DNA of 40,511 nucleotides, taken from IMG/VR virus record IMGVR_UViG_3300017658_000007, positions 1 through 40,511 of that record; one strand, written 5' to 3'. This DNA comes from a virus. Taxonomy: Duplodnaviria; Caudoviricetes. Positions 24,931 through 33,529 of this stretch are shown piece after piece. The translations under genes were made by a program, and so were the position numbers. Numbering within the stretch: position 1 is the first letter of the stretch; each line of letters opens with the position of its first letter. A model generated the notes under the pieces. The model made no database searches. It was given only the letters and a program-made list of their open reading frames with translations, and was not told where the DNA came from.

Positions 24931-25242
24931 ATGGGCGTGCAGCTTCACGAGGACCGCTTCGGCGTCACCAGCTTCACCCTGGACGCGAACATCACCGAGA
25001 CCAACACGACGCAGGAGGTCGATGTCACGATCCCCGGCCTTAGTCCCGGCATGTTCGTCGCCGTGAACAAGCCGTCGCATTCGGCCGGCATCGGCATCGT
25101 CAACGCCCGCGTGAAGGCGGAGAACACGCTCGCCATTACCTATGTCAACGCGACCGGCAGCGGCGTCGACCCGGCAGGCGAGACCTACCATCTCTTCTGG
25201 TTCCGGCCGGAGAACATCGTCCCCGGCGTCGTCAATCCGTAA
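24931..25242 (+). CDS. small beta-rich putative virion protein
   Basis: AAGGAG RBS; VTIPGL.PG..VAVNKPS..GIVNARV...TL.ITYVNAT. Confidence 0.78.
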   Translation: MGVQLHEDRFGVTSFTLDANITETNTTQEVDVTIPGLSPGMFVAVNKPSHSAGIGIVNARVKAENTLAITYVNATGSGVDPAGETYHLFWFRPENIVPGVVNP

Positions 25243-25279
25243 CGGCTGACGACTTCGGTTCGGGGAACGAGGCGCCGCC

Positions 25280-25936
25280 ATGGCGATCACCAACTACGGC
25301 GAGCTGAAGACGGCGATTGGCACGTGGCTCGCCCGTTCCGGCGACTCGTCCATTACCGGCAACGCCGGCGACTTCATCGCGCTCCTGGAATCGCGCCTCA
25401 ACCGGTGGCAACCGGCTCTGCGGACGGCCGAGGTCGATACCACCGTCACCGGCACGCCGGGGTCGCGTCTGATCGCACTCCCGCTCGACTTCCTCGAGCC
25501 AATCTCCCTGCACCGCACCACGGGCGGGGAGATTTACGAGCCGATGCATCCGTTTATTCCCGGCACGGTGCGCCTCGACCCCGTCGCGGGCACGCCGACA
25601 GCATGGGGCATTGACGGCAGCAATATCGTGCTTGGCTGCCTCGAAGCGCAGGCGGACACCTTCGCTTTTCGCTACCGCCAGAAGTTCGCGCTGTCCGATG
25701 ACACGCCGACCAACTGGCTCCTGACGCAGCATCCCGATGCCTACCTGTTCGGGTCGCTCGTGGAGGCTCTGGCGTTCATGAAGACGGCGGGCCAGGCGCA
25801 AATCTGGAACCAGCGCTTTTCCGAGGCTATGGACCAGATCACGACGCAGGAAGCGCAGTCGAAAGCCATCGCCCCGTTGACCGTGGATGCCGGGCTGATG
25901 GCACGGCGCCCGTTCGATATTCGGAGAGGGCGGTAG
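25280..25936 (+). CDS. head-tail adaptor protein
   Basis: MAITNYGELKTAIGTWLAR...FIALLESRLNR...LSDDTPTNWLLTQHPDAYLFGSL. Confidence 0.82.
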   Translation: MAITNYGELKTAIGTWLARSGDSSITGNAGDFIALLESRLNRWQPALRTAEVDTTVTGTPGSRLIALPLDFLEPISLHRTTGGEIYEPMHPFIPGTVRLDPVAGTPTAWGIDGSNIVLGCLEAQADTFAFRYRQKFALSDDTPTNWLLTQHPDAYLFGSLVEALAFMKTAGQAQIWNQRFSEAMDQITTQEAQSKAIAPLTVDAGLMARRPFDIRRGR

Positions 25937-25937
25937 G

Positions 25938-27416
25938 GTGGCGGTCCTTCCCTACGGGGTCTGGGCCCCGGATCGCTTCAATCACGACAGCGAGTTTGCC
26001 GGCGAGGCGTTGGGCGTCCTGCCCAAGGCGCGATCCTACGGTCCGTGGCCGGGGTTGGCGTCGACTTCCAAGGCTGTCGGCGATCCTGTTCGCGGCGCCT
26101 TCACTGCCCGCAAGGACAATGGCACCTTCGTCGTCTTCTGCGGCACGGCGGATGCCCTCTACAAGTTCTCGGGGGTGTCAGCGGACTGGATCGATGTCAG
26201 CAAGTCAGGCGGCTACAGCCTTCCGAGCGATGGGTTCTGGTCGTTCACGCAGTTCGACAAGTACCTGATCGCGACCAACGGCATCGACAACCCCCAATAC
26301 ATCGACGTCGATTCAGGGACGGAGTTCGCAGACCTTACCGGCGCCCCCAAGGCGAAATTCTGCAAGACGGTGGGAGATTACGTCTGGCTGGCGCAGCTCG
26401 GCGCGGCGCAGGGCCCGGCGGCGAGCGCCGGAGAGATCCAGGTGATCTGGTCCGGGCAGCGCGACCCTCTGCATTGGGAGATCGGCGAGAAGTCCTGCGA
26501 CTTCGCGACCTTCTGGGACGGCGGATTCGTGCAGGGCGTCACGTCGCTGATCGGCGGCCTCGTCATTCTCCGGAGCGGCATCCAGCGGTTTGGTGTCGGG
26601 TCCTACCGGGCGTTCGATTTCGCCCCGGTGCTCGATGCGCAGGGGACGGACAGCCCCTCCTCGATCGTGCAGGACGAGGCTGCGGTCTACTTCTATTCCC
26701 CGGGCGGGTTCACGGCGATTGCCGGAGGCGTCGAGAAGATCGGCTTCGAGCTTGTCGATGACTGGTTCTCGGACCGTGTCGACCAGAACCGGGTGAACGA
26801 GGTCATGGGGGCGCTGGACCCGGTCCGGAAGCGCATCTTCTGGGCCTTCCATACCGTCGACAGTTCCGGCGACGCCTTCAACCACATCATCGCCTATGAC
26901 ACCCGCCTGAAGCGCTGGACGCATGCCGAGATGGATACGACGACGGTGTTCCCGGCGGCGTCGCCGGGGATGAACCTGTCCGATATCGCGACGCTCTACC
27001 CCCAGCTCGACCAGGTGCCGTATCCGTTCGGCTCCCGCGTCTGGCAGGGCGGGGCTCCGGGCCTTGCGGCTTTCGGGACCGACGAGAAGCTGTCGTTCTT
27101 CGCCGGGCAGAGCCTCGCCGCGAGGGTGCAGACCTCGCTGTTCCAGCCGGTGCCGGGCGCTCGGGCCTTCGTGAACGGGTTCCGGGCCATCGACGACGCG
27201 CAGAGCGGAACGGGGAGCGTTGCAGTCTCGGAGCGGCCACAGGGCGCGGCGCAGGTGCTTCCCCCGGGGGGCGTGAACACGGAAGGCGTAATCCCGGCCC
27301 GGGCCAGCGGTCGCTACATGCGGTTCCAGCGGGATATCCCGGCCGGCGACGAATGGGAGAACTTGCAGGGCATCGATTTCGACGACGGCATGATCGTCGA
27401 GGACGGCGGCCGATGA
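25938..27416 (+). CDS. tail nozzle/DNA-stabilisation protein (P22 gp10-like position)
   Basis: Beta-propeller-like composition (WSFTQF..IATNG.D.PQ; RIFWAF; AYD....RW); follows the adaptor. Confidence 0.75.
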   Translation: MAVLPYGVWAPDRFNHDSEFAGEALGVLPKARSYGPWPGLASTSKAVGDPVRGAFTARKDNGTFVVFCGTADALYKFSGVSADWIDVSKSGGYSLPSDGFWSFTQFDKYLIATNGIDNPQYIDVDSGTEFADLTGAPKAKFCKTVGDYVWLAQLGAAQGPAASAGEIQVIWSGQRDPLHWEIGEKSCDFATFWDGGFVQGVTSLIGGLVILRSGIQRFGVGSYRAFDFAPVLDAQGTDSPSSIVQDEAAVYFYSPGGFTAIAGGVEKIGFELVDDWFSDRVDQNRVNEVMGALDPVRKRIFWAFHTVDSSGDAFNHIIAYDTRLKRWTHAEMDTTTVFPAASPGMNLSDIATLYPQLDQVPYPFGSRVWQGGAPGLAAFGTDEKLSFFAGQSLAARVQTSLFQPVPGARAFVNGFRAIDDAQSGTGSVAVSERPQGAAQVLPPGGVNTEGVIPARASGRYMRFQRDIPAGDEWENLQGIDFDDGMIVEDGGR

Positions 27417-27796
27417 GCGGGGTGTTCTCGGGCCTGCTGCCGTATCGCTCGGCGATGAAGGCGCTGGCGGGGACGAGCGCAACAACCTGCTACACGGTCG
27501 GTGACGACGGCGAGGACGAGATCATCCTCGCCGGGGTCGAGGTCGTGGATTCGACGGGCGCTATCGGTACCGCGGCCAAGATCGAGCACTATCGCGTCAA
27601 GGACACGACATCGTTCGTGATCGTGCCTGCATCGGTGGGCCTGCCGAGCGCGACGGAGAACCTCGTCTATGAGTGCATCCCGGGCCGGCACATGAAGCGC
27701 GGCGACGAGATCAGGGTGACGGGCGCTTCGGGCCACCACGTCTGCGTCAGCTACTGGCGCATCGCGCCGACCCCGGCCGGGGCGCAGCGGAGATAG
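27413..27796 (+). CDS. hypothetical tail-module protein
   Basis: ATGA-coupled to the nozzle gene; beta-rich. Confidence 0.72.
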   Translation: MSGVFSGLLPYRSAMKALAGTSATTCYTVGDDGEDEIILAGVEVVDSTGAIGTAAKIEHYRVKDTTSFVIVPASVGLPSATENLVYECIPGRHMKRGDEIRVTGASGHHVCVSYWRIAPTPAGAQRR

Positions 27797-27799
27797 GCG

Positions 27800-28672
27800 A
27801 TGAGCACGGCAACCAATGTCGCGCAGTGGTCGACTACGGCCGCTGACAATTCCAATGCTGACAGCGGCCTGCCGGTCATGTCGGACACGATGGATCCGAT
27901 CGGGCTCGACAACGTGCCCCGCGGCATGATGGCGGCCATCGCGAAGTGGCGGAAGGACTTCGGCGGGGCCATCGAGGCGGGCGGTACAGCCAATGCCCTG
28001 ACGGCGAGCACGAGCAGCGGGCTCGAGGCCGCGCATCTCGCCGATGGCCTGATGATCGCGGTGAAGGCCGCCGCCGACAACACCAACGCCACCGTCACGA
28101 TCAACGTCGATTCCACGGGGGCGAAGGCCGTCAAGCGGGCGGACGGCTCGGCGCTCGCGGTCGGGTCGATCAAGGCCGGGCAAATCCTGCTCCTGTTCTA
28201 TGACGCCGATGACGCCAATTGGCGGGCTGCGAACATCGCCCCGGGCGTGGTCGGAACGGCCGCCGGGTACGACGTCGGCACATCCGGAGCGAAGGTCCCG
28301 CTTCTGGACGGCAACAACGCGTGGAGCGGGACGGCGGCTTTCTCGGGGGCGGTGACGTTCAGCGGCGCGGTCGCCATGAATGCGGGCGGCACCATCGGTG
28401 ACGCTAGCGGCGACGCCGTCATCATCAAGGGGACGACGGTGAGTGCATTCGTTGCGGGGCTATTGTCCGCCTCAGACGCAGCCGCGTTTCGCACTGCTAT
28501 CGGCCTCGGGACGATTGCCACGGAGGATGCCCCGCTGGCGACCAATAAAGGTGGGACAGGGGTCGCGGGAGCCGCCGGCGGTCTGCGCAACCTGATGAAC
28601 AGCATCAGCGAGACCAAGGGCGGTATCTGGTACCACAACGGCACGTTCTGGACCGTGCTGAACCCGCCGTAG
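27800..28672 (+). CDS. short tail fibre/spike protein
   Basis: WSTTAADN, GGTANALT, NT...TINVD..GAK.V, VGTSGAKVPLLDGNNAWSG and LA..KGGTG fibre motifs; A/G/T/S-rich. Confidence 0.8.
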   Translation: MSTATNVAQWSTTAADNSNADSGLPVMSDTMDPIGLDNVPRGMMAAIAKWRKDFGGAIEAGGTANALTASTSSGLEAAHLADGLMIAVKAAADNTNATVTINVDSTGAKAVKRADGSALAVGSIKAGQILLLFYDADDANWRAANIAPGVVGTAAGYDVGTSGAKVPLLDGNNAWSGTAAFSGAVTFSGAVAMNAGGTIGDASGDAVIIKGTTVSAFVAGLLSASDAAAFRTAIGLGTIATEDAPLATNKGGTGVAGAAGGLRNLMNSISETKGGIWYHNGTFWTVLNPP

Positions 28673-28681
28673 GAGAGAGAA

Positions 28682-28891
28682 GTGGCGACCTATTACCTTG
28701 CCGTCAACCCGAGCACCGACGTGGTGGCTTGGGTCGACGATTCTTCAGGCGGGTTCACGTACTTTTACTACGAGCACAGCTCGGACCATAACCTGAGCCA
28801 TGCCATCTACACGAACAACACTGTCTGGCAGAACGCCGCGAACCGACGACTTAGTCTAGAGTCGACGACTGACGTTATCAGTTGGGAGTGA
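28682..28891 (+). CDS. small ORF in frame with the tail fibre
   Basis: GTG start with an AGGAG RBS, in the same reading frame as 27800..28672. Confidence 0.65.
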   Translation: MATYYLAVNPSTDVVAWVDDSSGGFTYFYYEHSSDHNLSHAIYTNNTVWQNAANRRLSLESTTDVISWE

Positions 28892-28899
28892 ATCGGGCC

Positions 28900-29196
28900 C
28901 TAGCGGCGCTTCCCGCCACTTTTCGACTTTCCGCCCTTGTTGCTCTTGGGCGGGTGCAGGGTGAACGTCCCGTCGCCCCGGGGCGTGAGTGTCCAACCCG
29001 GCGGGAACTGTGCGTTCTTGAGGGTGAGCGGAAAGCCGGGGACGGAGAGATTGCTACGGGTGTCTCCCTTCATCCAGGCATAGTTCTTCGGGTCGAAGTC
29101 CTTCCTCATCCAGGAGAAATCGTTGGGATTGGGGAAAGCGGCCGCCGCTGAGGCGAGGGCGAAGCTCGTGAGCGCTGCGAGAACGATTGCCTTCAT
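28900..29196 (-). CDS. secreted/periplasmic protein (moron)
   Basis: Signal peptide MKAIVLAALTSFALASAAAA; GGAGG RBS; has its own promoter. Confidence 0.78.
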   Translation of the reverse strand: MKAIVLAALTSFALASAAAAFPNPNDFSWMRKDFDPKNYAWMKGDTRSNLSVPGFPLTLKNAQFPPGWTLTPRGDGTFTLHPPKSNKGGKSKSGGKRR

Positions 29197-29217
29197 GGGT
29201 AGTCCTCCCGGTTGAAA

Positions 29218-29301
29218 ATAACTCATATGAGATATATAAGTCATATGAGTTATACGGTCAACCAGAGGTGGGTTGGTGACTCAGAAACTCATATCAGTTA
29301 A
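29218..29301. promoter_or_regulatory. three palindromic operators over divergent promoters
   Basis: ATAACTCATATGAGATAT 29218-29235, ATAAGTCATATGAGTTAT 29236-29253 and GAAACTCATATCAGTTAA 29284-29301. Leftward promoter TTGACC-17-TATATA; rightward promoter GTGACT-17-TAATGC. Confidence 0.82.
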
Positions 29302-29311
29302 TGCCGGCCGC

Positions 29312-29494
29312 ATGGGTCGGAAGCGGCGGTGGGAAGAGGACATGCAGGCGCGGTTCCCGAAGGGAACATTCGCGCGCATTGCCGCCGTGCTGATCGGGAA
29401 GGAGGATCGAACAGACTTTGTGCGCGCCGCCGTCGAGCGCGAATTGCAGCGTCGTGAGCGAGACGGTTCGGCCGAGAGCAACGACGATGACTGA
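29312..29494 (+). CDS. ribbon-helix-helix (Arc/CopG-like) regulator
   Basis: MQARFPKGTFARIAAVL..EDRTDFVRAAVERELQRR. Confidence 0.8.
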   Translation: MGRKRRWEEDMQARFPKGTFARIAAVLIGKEDRTDFVRAAVERELQRRERDGSAESNDDD

Positions 29495-30047
29495 ACCGCT
29501 TCGCCTACCGGCACAGGCTTATGTCTATGTCATTGGTCCCGCTGACGGTCCTCAGAAAATCGGCAAGGCGGATGATGTCGCGCATCGACGCCGCATGCTG
29601 CAATCGGCCAGCGCGCATGATCTGTCGGTGAGCTTCGCCTTGCCGGTGAATCGCGACATGGCGCTTGACGTTGAGCGCCGCGCGCACTGGCTACTTCGAG
29701 AGGATCGACTTCGCGGCGAATGGTTCAATATCACGCCCGCCGAGGCTCGCGGCGCCGTAGAGCAAGCCATGGCGGATGTGCTCGCCGGGGAGGGGCGCCG
29801 AAAGGAGCCATCCAGGGCGGGCTACGGCGTTCACCCATGGCAACTCAGGGCGCGCGCGTCCGGCCTCACTCAGAGAATGCTGGCGAGGCTGCTTGGCCAT
29901 ACGGAGTTGACCGTCTCCCGCCAGCTCCGCGGCCATTGGGAAAGCGGCGTCCCGCAGCATGTGCGGGCGGCGATCATCGCCTGGGAACTGATGACGCCTG
30001 AGATGCGCGAGCAGTGGCTCGCCGAAGTCGAGAACACGCAAGACTAG
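29487..30047 (+). CDS. T5orf172/GIY-YIG-like domain fused to a C-terminal HTH
   Basis: YVYVIG....QKIG...RR.MLQS...LRGEWF, followed by LTQRMLARLLGHTELTVSRQL. Confidence 0.82.
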   Translation: MTEPLRLPAQAYVYVIGPADGPQKIGKADDVAHRRRMLQSASAHDLSVSFALPVNRDMALDVERRAHWLLREDRLRGEWFNITPAEARGAVEQAMADVLAGEGRRKEPSRAGYGVHPWQLRARASGLTQRMLARLLGHTELTVSRQLRGHWESGVPQHVRAAIIAWELMTPEMREQWLAEVENTQD

Positions 30048-30084
30048 CCGGGGCGCTGCTCCGGCATTATCCCCGGAGCACTCC

Positions 30085-30303
30085 ATGTCAAACCGTACCG
30101 CGGCGATCCTCTCCGAGATCGAGTCCCAGCGTTCGTTCCTTGGCAGTCGCGCCGCTCAGCATGCAGGACGCATCGCGGAGCTCGAGGCAGAGCTTGCCGT
30201 CGCGAAAGCCGAGGTAGAGGCACAGCGCCTCCGGGCAGATGAGGCCGAGGCGAGGCTGGGCGCCATGCCGACACCGGTCGATGAGGGCCCGAACGGCCGA
30301 TGA
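30085..30303 (+). CDS. small coiled-coil protein
   Basis: GGAG RBS; heptad pattern. Confidence 0.7.
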   Translation: MSNRTAAILSEIESQRSFLGSRAAQHAGRIAELEAELAVAKAEVEAQRLRADEAEARLGAMPTPVDEGPNGR

Positions 30304-30722
30304 CGCCAGCACTCGAACGTCTCAGCCGCGAGGACATCGCGGAGTATTGGGACGTGATCGAGCCGTACCTTGCCGAAGCGATGAGGCGCGGGGACGCCCC
30401 GCTATCGTCGGCCGACCTCAAGGCTCTCGCGCTTGCCGGGCAGAGACAGATTTGGGCGGCAATAGCCGGCACTGACTTGCTGGCGGTGGCGTCAACCGGG
30501 ATGCGCCGCGGTCGGGATGGCGACGTCGCCTTTGTCGATTTCTGCGGTGGCCGTGGGTTGGAGCAGTGGCTCCGGCCCTGTCTGACCGAACTGGAGCGCC
30601 GCGCCTTCGAGGCCGGCGCAATCGCATTCGAGATCGAGGAAGGGCGCCTTGGGTGGCAGCGAGCGCTCCCCGAGTATCGCCCTGTCCGCGTAGTGCTCCG
30701 AAAGGACAAGCCACATGGCTAA
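30300..30722 (+). CDS. putative GNAT-like/virion-assembly protein preceding the ejection genes
   Basis: YWDVIEPYL, QIW, FCGG, LERRA...G and GRLGWQR; position typical for podoviruses. Confidence 0.65.
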   Translation: MTPALERLSREDIAEYWDVIEPYLAEAMRRGDAPLSSADLKALALAGQRQIWAAIAGTDLLAVASTGMRRGRDGDVAFVDFCGGRGLEQWLRPCLTELERRAFEAGAIAFEIEEGRLGWQRALPEYRPVRVVLRKDKPHG

Positions 30723-31692
30723 AGGCGGCAACACCAGCACGCAGACCACGGCCAACGAGCCGTGGGGGCCCGCGGGCGATACGCTGGAACGGGTCCTCAG
30801 GAAGGGCAACAAGCTCTTCAACCAGGGCTCGGGCTTCAACGCCTATCCCGGCGAAGGGTACGTCCCGTTCTCCGACGAGTCCAACCAGGCCATGTCGCAG
30901 ATGACGAGCATGGCGAAGCAGGGGAACCCCTTCTACCAGGGCGCCTCCAACTTCACCCGCGGGATTCTCGGCGGCGACTACGCGCACGATCAGTCCGGGT
31001 TCGACAGCCTGTTCGGACGGGCCGGCGCTCTTACCAACGGCCCCAGCATCAACACGGAAGGCGACTACCGAGGCCTGCTCAACTCGATGGATCCCGAGTT
31101 CGAGAACGTCGTGCAGAACACGGCGAACGACCTCGGCGACCAGATCAGCCGGCAGTTCGGCGGCGCCAACTTCGGGAGCGCCGGGCACAGCGACTACCTG
31201 ACGAAGCAGGTCGGCGACGTCGTCTCCAGGATGCGGTCCGACAACTTCAACCAGAACCTCGCGAACAAGAACAGCATCCTCGGCAACATCAGCGGCGTGC
31301 AGGGCCAGAACTTCGCCAACGCGATGTCGGGGCTCGGCCTCCAGCGGGGCATCCTCGGGGATCAGGCCAACCTCAGCCAGCAGGACATCCAGAACATGTT
31401 CGGCGGGCTCGGGGCGATGGACTCGGTCTACCAGAGCCAGTTCCTCCCGGCCGAGCGTCTCGCTGCGGTCGGCGCCGCCAAGGAAGGCAAGGCCGGCGAG
31501 AAGCTCCAGGCTGACATGGATAAATTTGCCATCGAGGACATGAGCGACTGGGATCGGCTGATGAACCTGTTCGGCATCGCGAGCGGGACCGGTGCCCAAG
31601 GGGGAACGGCCGTGCAGTCGGTGCAGCAGCCCAGCAACCCGTGGAGCACGATCCTCGGCGGCGGCATGCTTGCGAGCCAGTTGAGGTTCTGA
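30715..31692 (+). CDS. internal virion/DNA ejection protein
   Basis: MAKGGNTSTQTT.NEPW; G/Q/N/S-rich; hydrophobic C-terminus STILGGGMLA. Confidence 0.72.
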   Translation: MAKGGNTSTQTTANEPWGPAGDTLERVLRKGNKLFNQGSGFNAYPGEGYVPFSDESNQAMSQMTSMAKQGNPFYQGASNFTRGILGGDYAHDQSGFDSLFGRAGALTNGPSINTEGDYRGLLNSMDPEFENVVQNTANDLGDQISRQFGGANFGSAGHSDYLTKQVGDVVSRMRSDNFNQNLANKNSILGNISGVQGQNFANAMSGLGLQRGILGDQANLSQQDIQNMFGGLGAMDSVYQSQFLPAERLAAVGAAKEGKAGEKLQADMDKFAIEDMSDWDRLMNLFGIASGTGAQGGTAVQSVQQPSNPWSTILGGGMLASQLRF

Positions 31693-31874
31693 TGGCCTAC
31701 GTCACCCGCCCCCGGCTCACCCGATACGATGACCTCCGGGAGACGCCCATGCTCGAGGGACAGACCGTGTGGGAGCCGGAGCCCGTCGATACCGGCCTGC
31801 TCGACAAGAACGGCGTGCCGATCTTCCGCGTCATGGACCCGATCGGCTTCGTGGAGATGAAGGAGCGGGGGTGA
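31692..31874 (+). CDS. hypothetical protein
   Basis: TVWEPEPVDTGLLDKNGVPIFR..PIGF; TGATG-coupled. Confidence 0.7.
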   Translation: MAYVTRPRLTRYDDLRETPMLEGQTVWEPEPVDTGLLDKNGVPIFRVMDPIGFVEMKERG

Positions 31875-32248
31875 TGAGCATCCTCGGCGGCCAGCAGCGC
31901 GGCATGGGCTCCATCCTCGGGGGTGGAGGCGGCAACCCCTACTTCAACCCTCTCCGGATGCTCACGGCGCGGATGCCGGGGCAGGGTGCTTCTCCCGTCA
32001 TGGCCGGCCTCTCGGGTTCTGGCGGGGGCGGCGGGCCGCCTGAGTACGGCACCGACGAGTGGGCGCTGACCTATGGCGGCCCCGGCGGCTTGCTCTGGCG
32101 ACAGGTCGGCCGCGGGATGATGGGCAGCAAGAACCCGCTGTCCGTTCTCGACCCCGGCAAGGCGGCGAAATACTACACGGACGATACGATCGGCCTGCTC
32201 GATCCCCGCTTCCAGCAGGGCTACGCCAAGGGCAAGAAGGGGAAGTGA
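31874..32248 (+). CDS. Gly-rich putative ejection protein
   Basis: MSILGGQQRGMGSILGGGG; AAGGAG RBS. Confidence 0.7.
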   Translation: MSILGGQQRGMGSILGGGGGNPYFNPLRMLTARMPGQGASPVMAGLSGSGGGGGPPEYGTDEWALTYGGPGGLLWRQVGRGMMGSKNPLSVLDPGKAAKYYTDDTIGLLDPRFQQGYAKGKKGK

Positions 32249-32249
32249 C

Positions 32250-33518
32250 TTGGCGGGCATTCTCGGGCAGGCGCCGCAAGGATCGATCCTCGGCGGGTCT
32301 ACCCCCTCGACGATCCTGGGCGGCCGGCCGTCATTCGCGACGATGTATCCCGGTGTGGCGCAGGGCGGGCAATCGATATCGGCCTACGAGCCGACGTGGC
32401 GCGACAGGGCGGCGATGTTCATGCAGGACACGCTCGGCGTCCCGCGCCACACCACGGCAGGTCTGCTCGGCTCGACGGGACTTGGCATCGGGGCAGGCCC
32501 CGGGCCGGGCGGGACGGGCCTTGCCGACCTGACGACGATCCCGGCCATCCCGTTCTACCTCGACGAGGCCAACCGGGCGGGCGAGGCCGGCGACACCGTT
32601 GGCGCGGCTATTGACACCGTGTCGGCCATCCCGATGGTCGGGATGGGCGTTCGTGCCGCGAACGCTGGCCTTGATGCGGCGCGTCCGGCAATCCGTGCCT
32701 ATCACGGCTCGCCGCATGACTTCGACCGGTTCGACTTCTCGCACATCGGTTCGGGCGAGGGCGCGCAGGCCTATGGCCGAGGCGGGTATTTCGCTGAGCG
32801 CGAGGGGATCGCAAAGGGCTACAGGGATCGGCTTTCAAGCGGCGACTATGGGTTCCGCAGCGCCGACGACGTCTTCTACGAGACCGAACAAATGGCCCGC
32901 CTCGCTGCCGATGAACTCGGCGTGAGGCTCGATGATGAGGTTGATCGCGACGGATGGGAATGGGCGTTCAAGAACTTCGCCGAGCAGGGACAGTTCCACG
33001 ATCACCCGGGCCAGTCGAAGGAGTTTCACGACGCCTACGAGATGGCAAGAAGGGCTATCGAGGACGCGGGGCTCCAGCGGCAGGCACCGGGCAGCATGTA
33101 CGAGGTCGAGATCAACGCCACCCCGGATGAGATGCTTGACTGGGATGAGCCGCTCGCGTCGCAGTCGGAGTATGTTCTGGACCGGATAGTCTCAGTAAGC
33201 GCTCCCGGCCTGGGCCACGACGCCACTGGCAAGGATCTCTACCGGGCTCTCGCGAAAGAGTACGGCGACGGGGTCGCGGCGGAGATATTGCGCGACGCCG
33301 GCGTTAAGGGAATCCGCTATCTCGATGCGGGCTCGCGCGTGAGAGACGAGGGTCTCACCCGCAACTTCGTCGTTTTCGACGACAGTATCGTCGACATCCT
33401 TCGCAAGTACGGCATTGCCGGTCTGACGGCCGCCGGCGGCGCTGGCGGGGCGCTGCTCGCGGGCTCTGATGACGCCAGCGCCGATCCGGCCGGGTACACG
33501 ACCGGCGGCAGATACTGA
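32250..33518 (+). CDS. putative ejected protein with ADP-ribosyltransferase-like (polyvalent-protein) domain
   Basis: AYHGSPHDFDRFDFSHIGSGEGAQAYGRGGYFAE...GSMYEV...LDWD...GVKGIRYLDAGSR...NFVVFDD; TTG start. Confidence 0.78.
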   Translation: MAGILGQAPQGSILGGSTPSTILGGRPSFATMYPGVAQGGQSISAYEPTWRDRAAMFMQDTLGVPRHTTAGLLGSTGLGIGAGPGPGGTGLADLTTIPAIPFYLDEANRAGEAGDTVGAAIDTVSAIPMVGMGVRAANAGLDAARPAIRAYHGSPHDFDRFDFSHIGSGEGAQAYGRGGYFAEREGIAKGYRDRLSSGDYGFRSADDVFYETEQMARLAADELGVRLDDEVDRDGWEWAFKNFAEQGQFHDHPGQSKEFHDAYEMARRAIEDAGLQRQAPGSMYEVEINATPDEMLDWDEPLASQSEYVLDRIVSVSAPGLGHDATGKDLYRALAKEYGDGVAAEILRDAGVKGIRYLDAGSRVRDEGLTRNFVVFDDSIVDILRKYGIAGLTAAGGAGGALLAGSDDASADPAGYTTGGRY

Positions 33519-33529
33519 GGACACCTGAC

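Noticed and set aside
27800-28891. Diversity-generating retroelement or invertible tail-fibre system
   Set aside because: No reverse transcriptase, TR/VR pair or invertase was seen in the window.
29218-29301. Mini-CRISPR array
   Set aside because: The repeats are 18-bp palindromes, two of them directly adjacent with no spacer. They overlap promoters next to an RHH gene, so they are better explained as operators. No cas genes are present.
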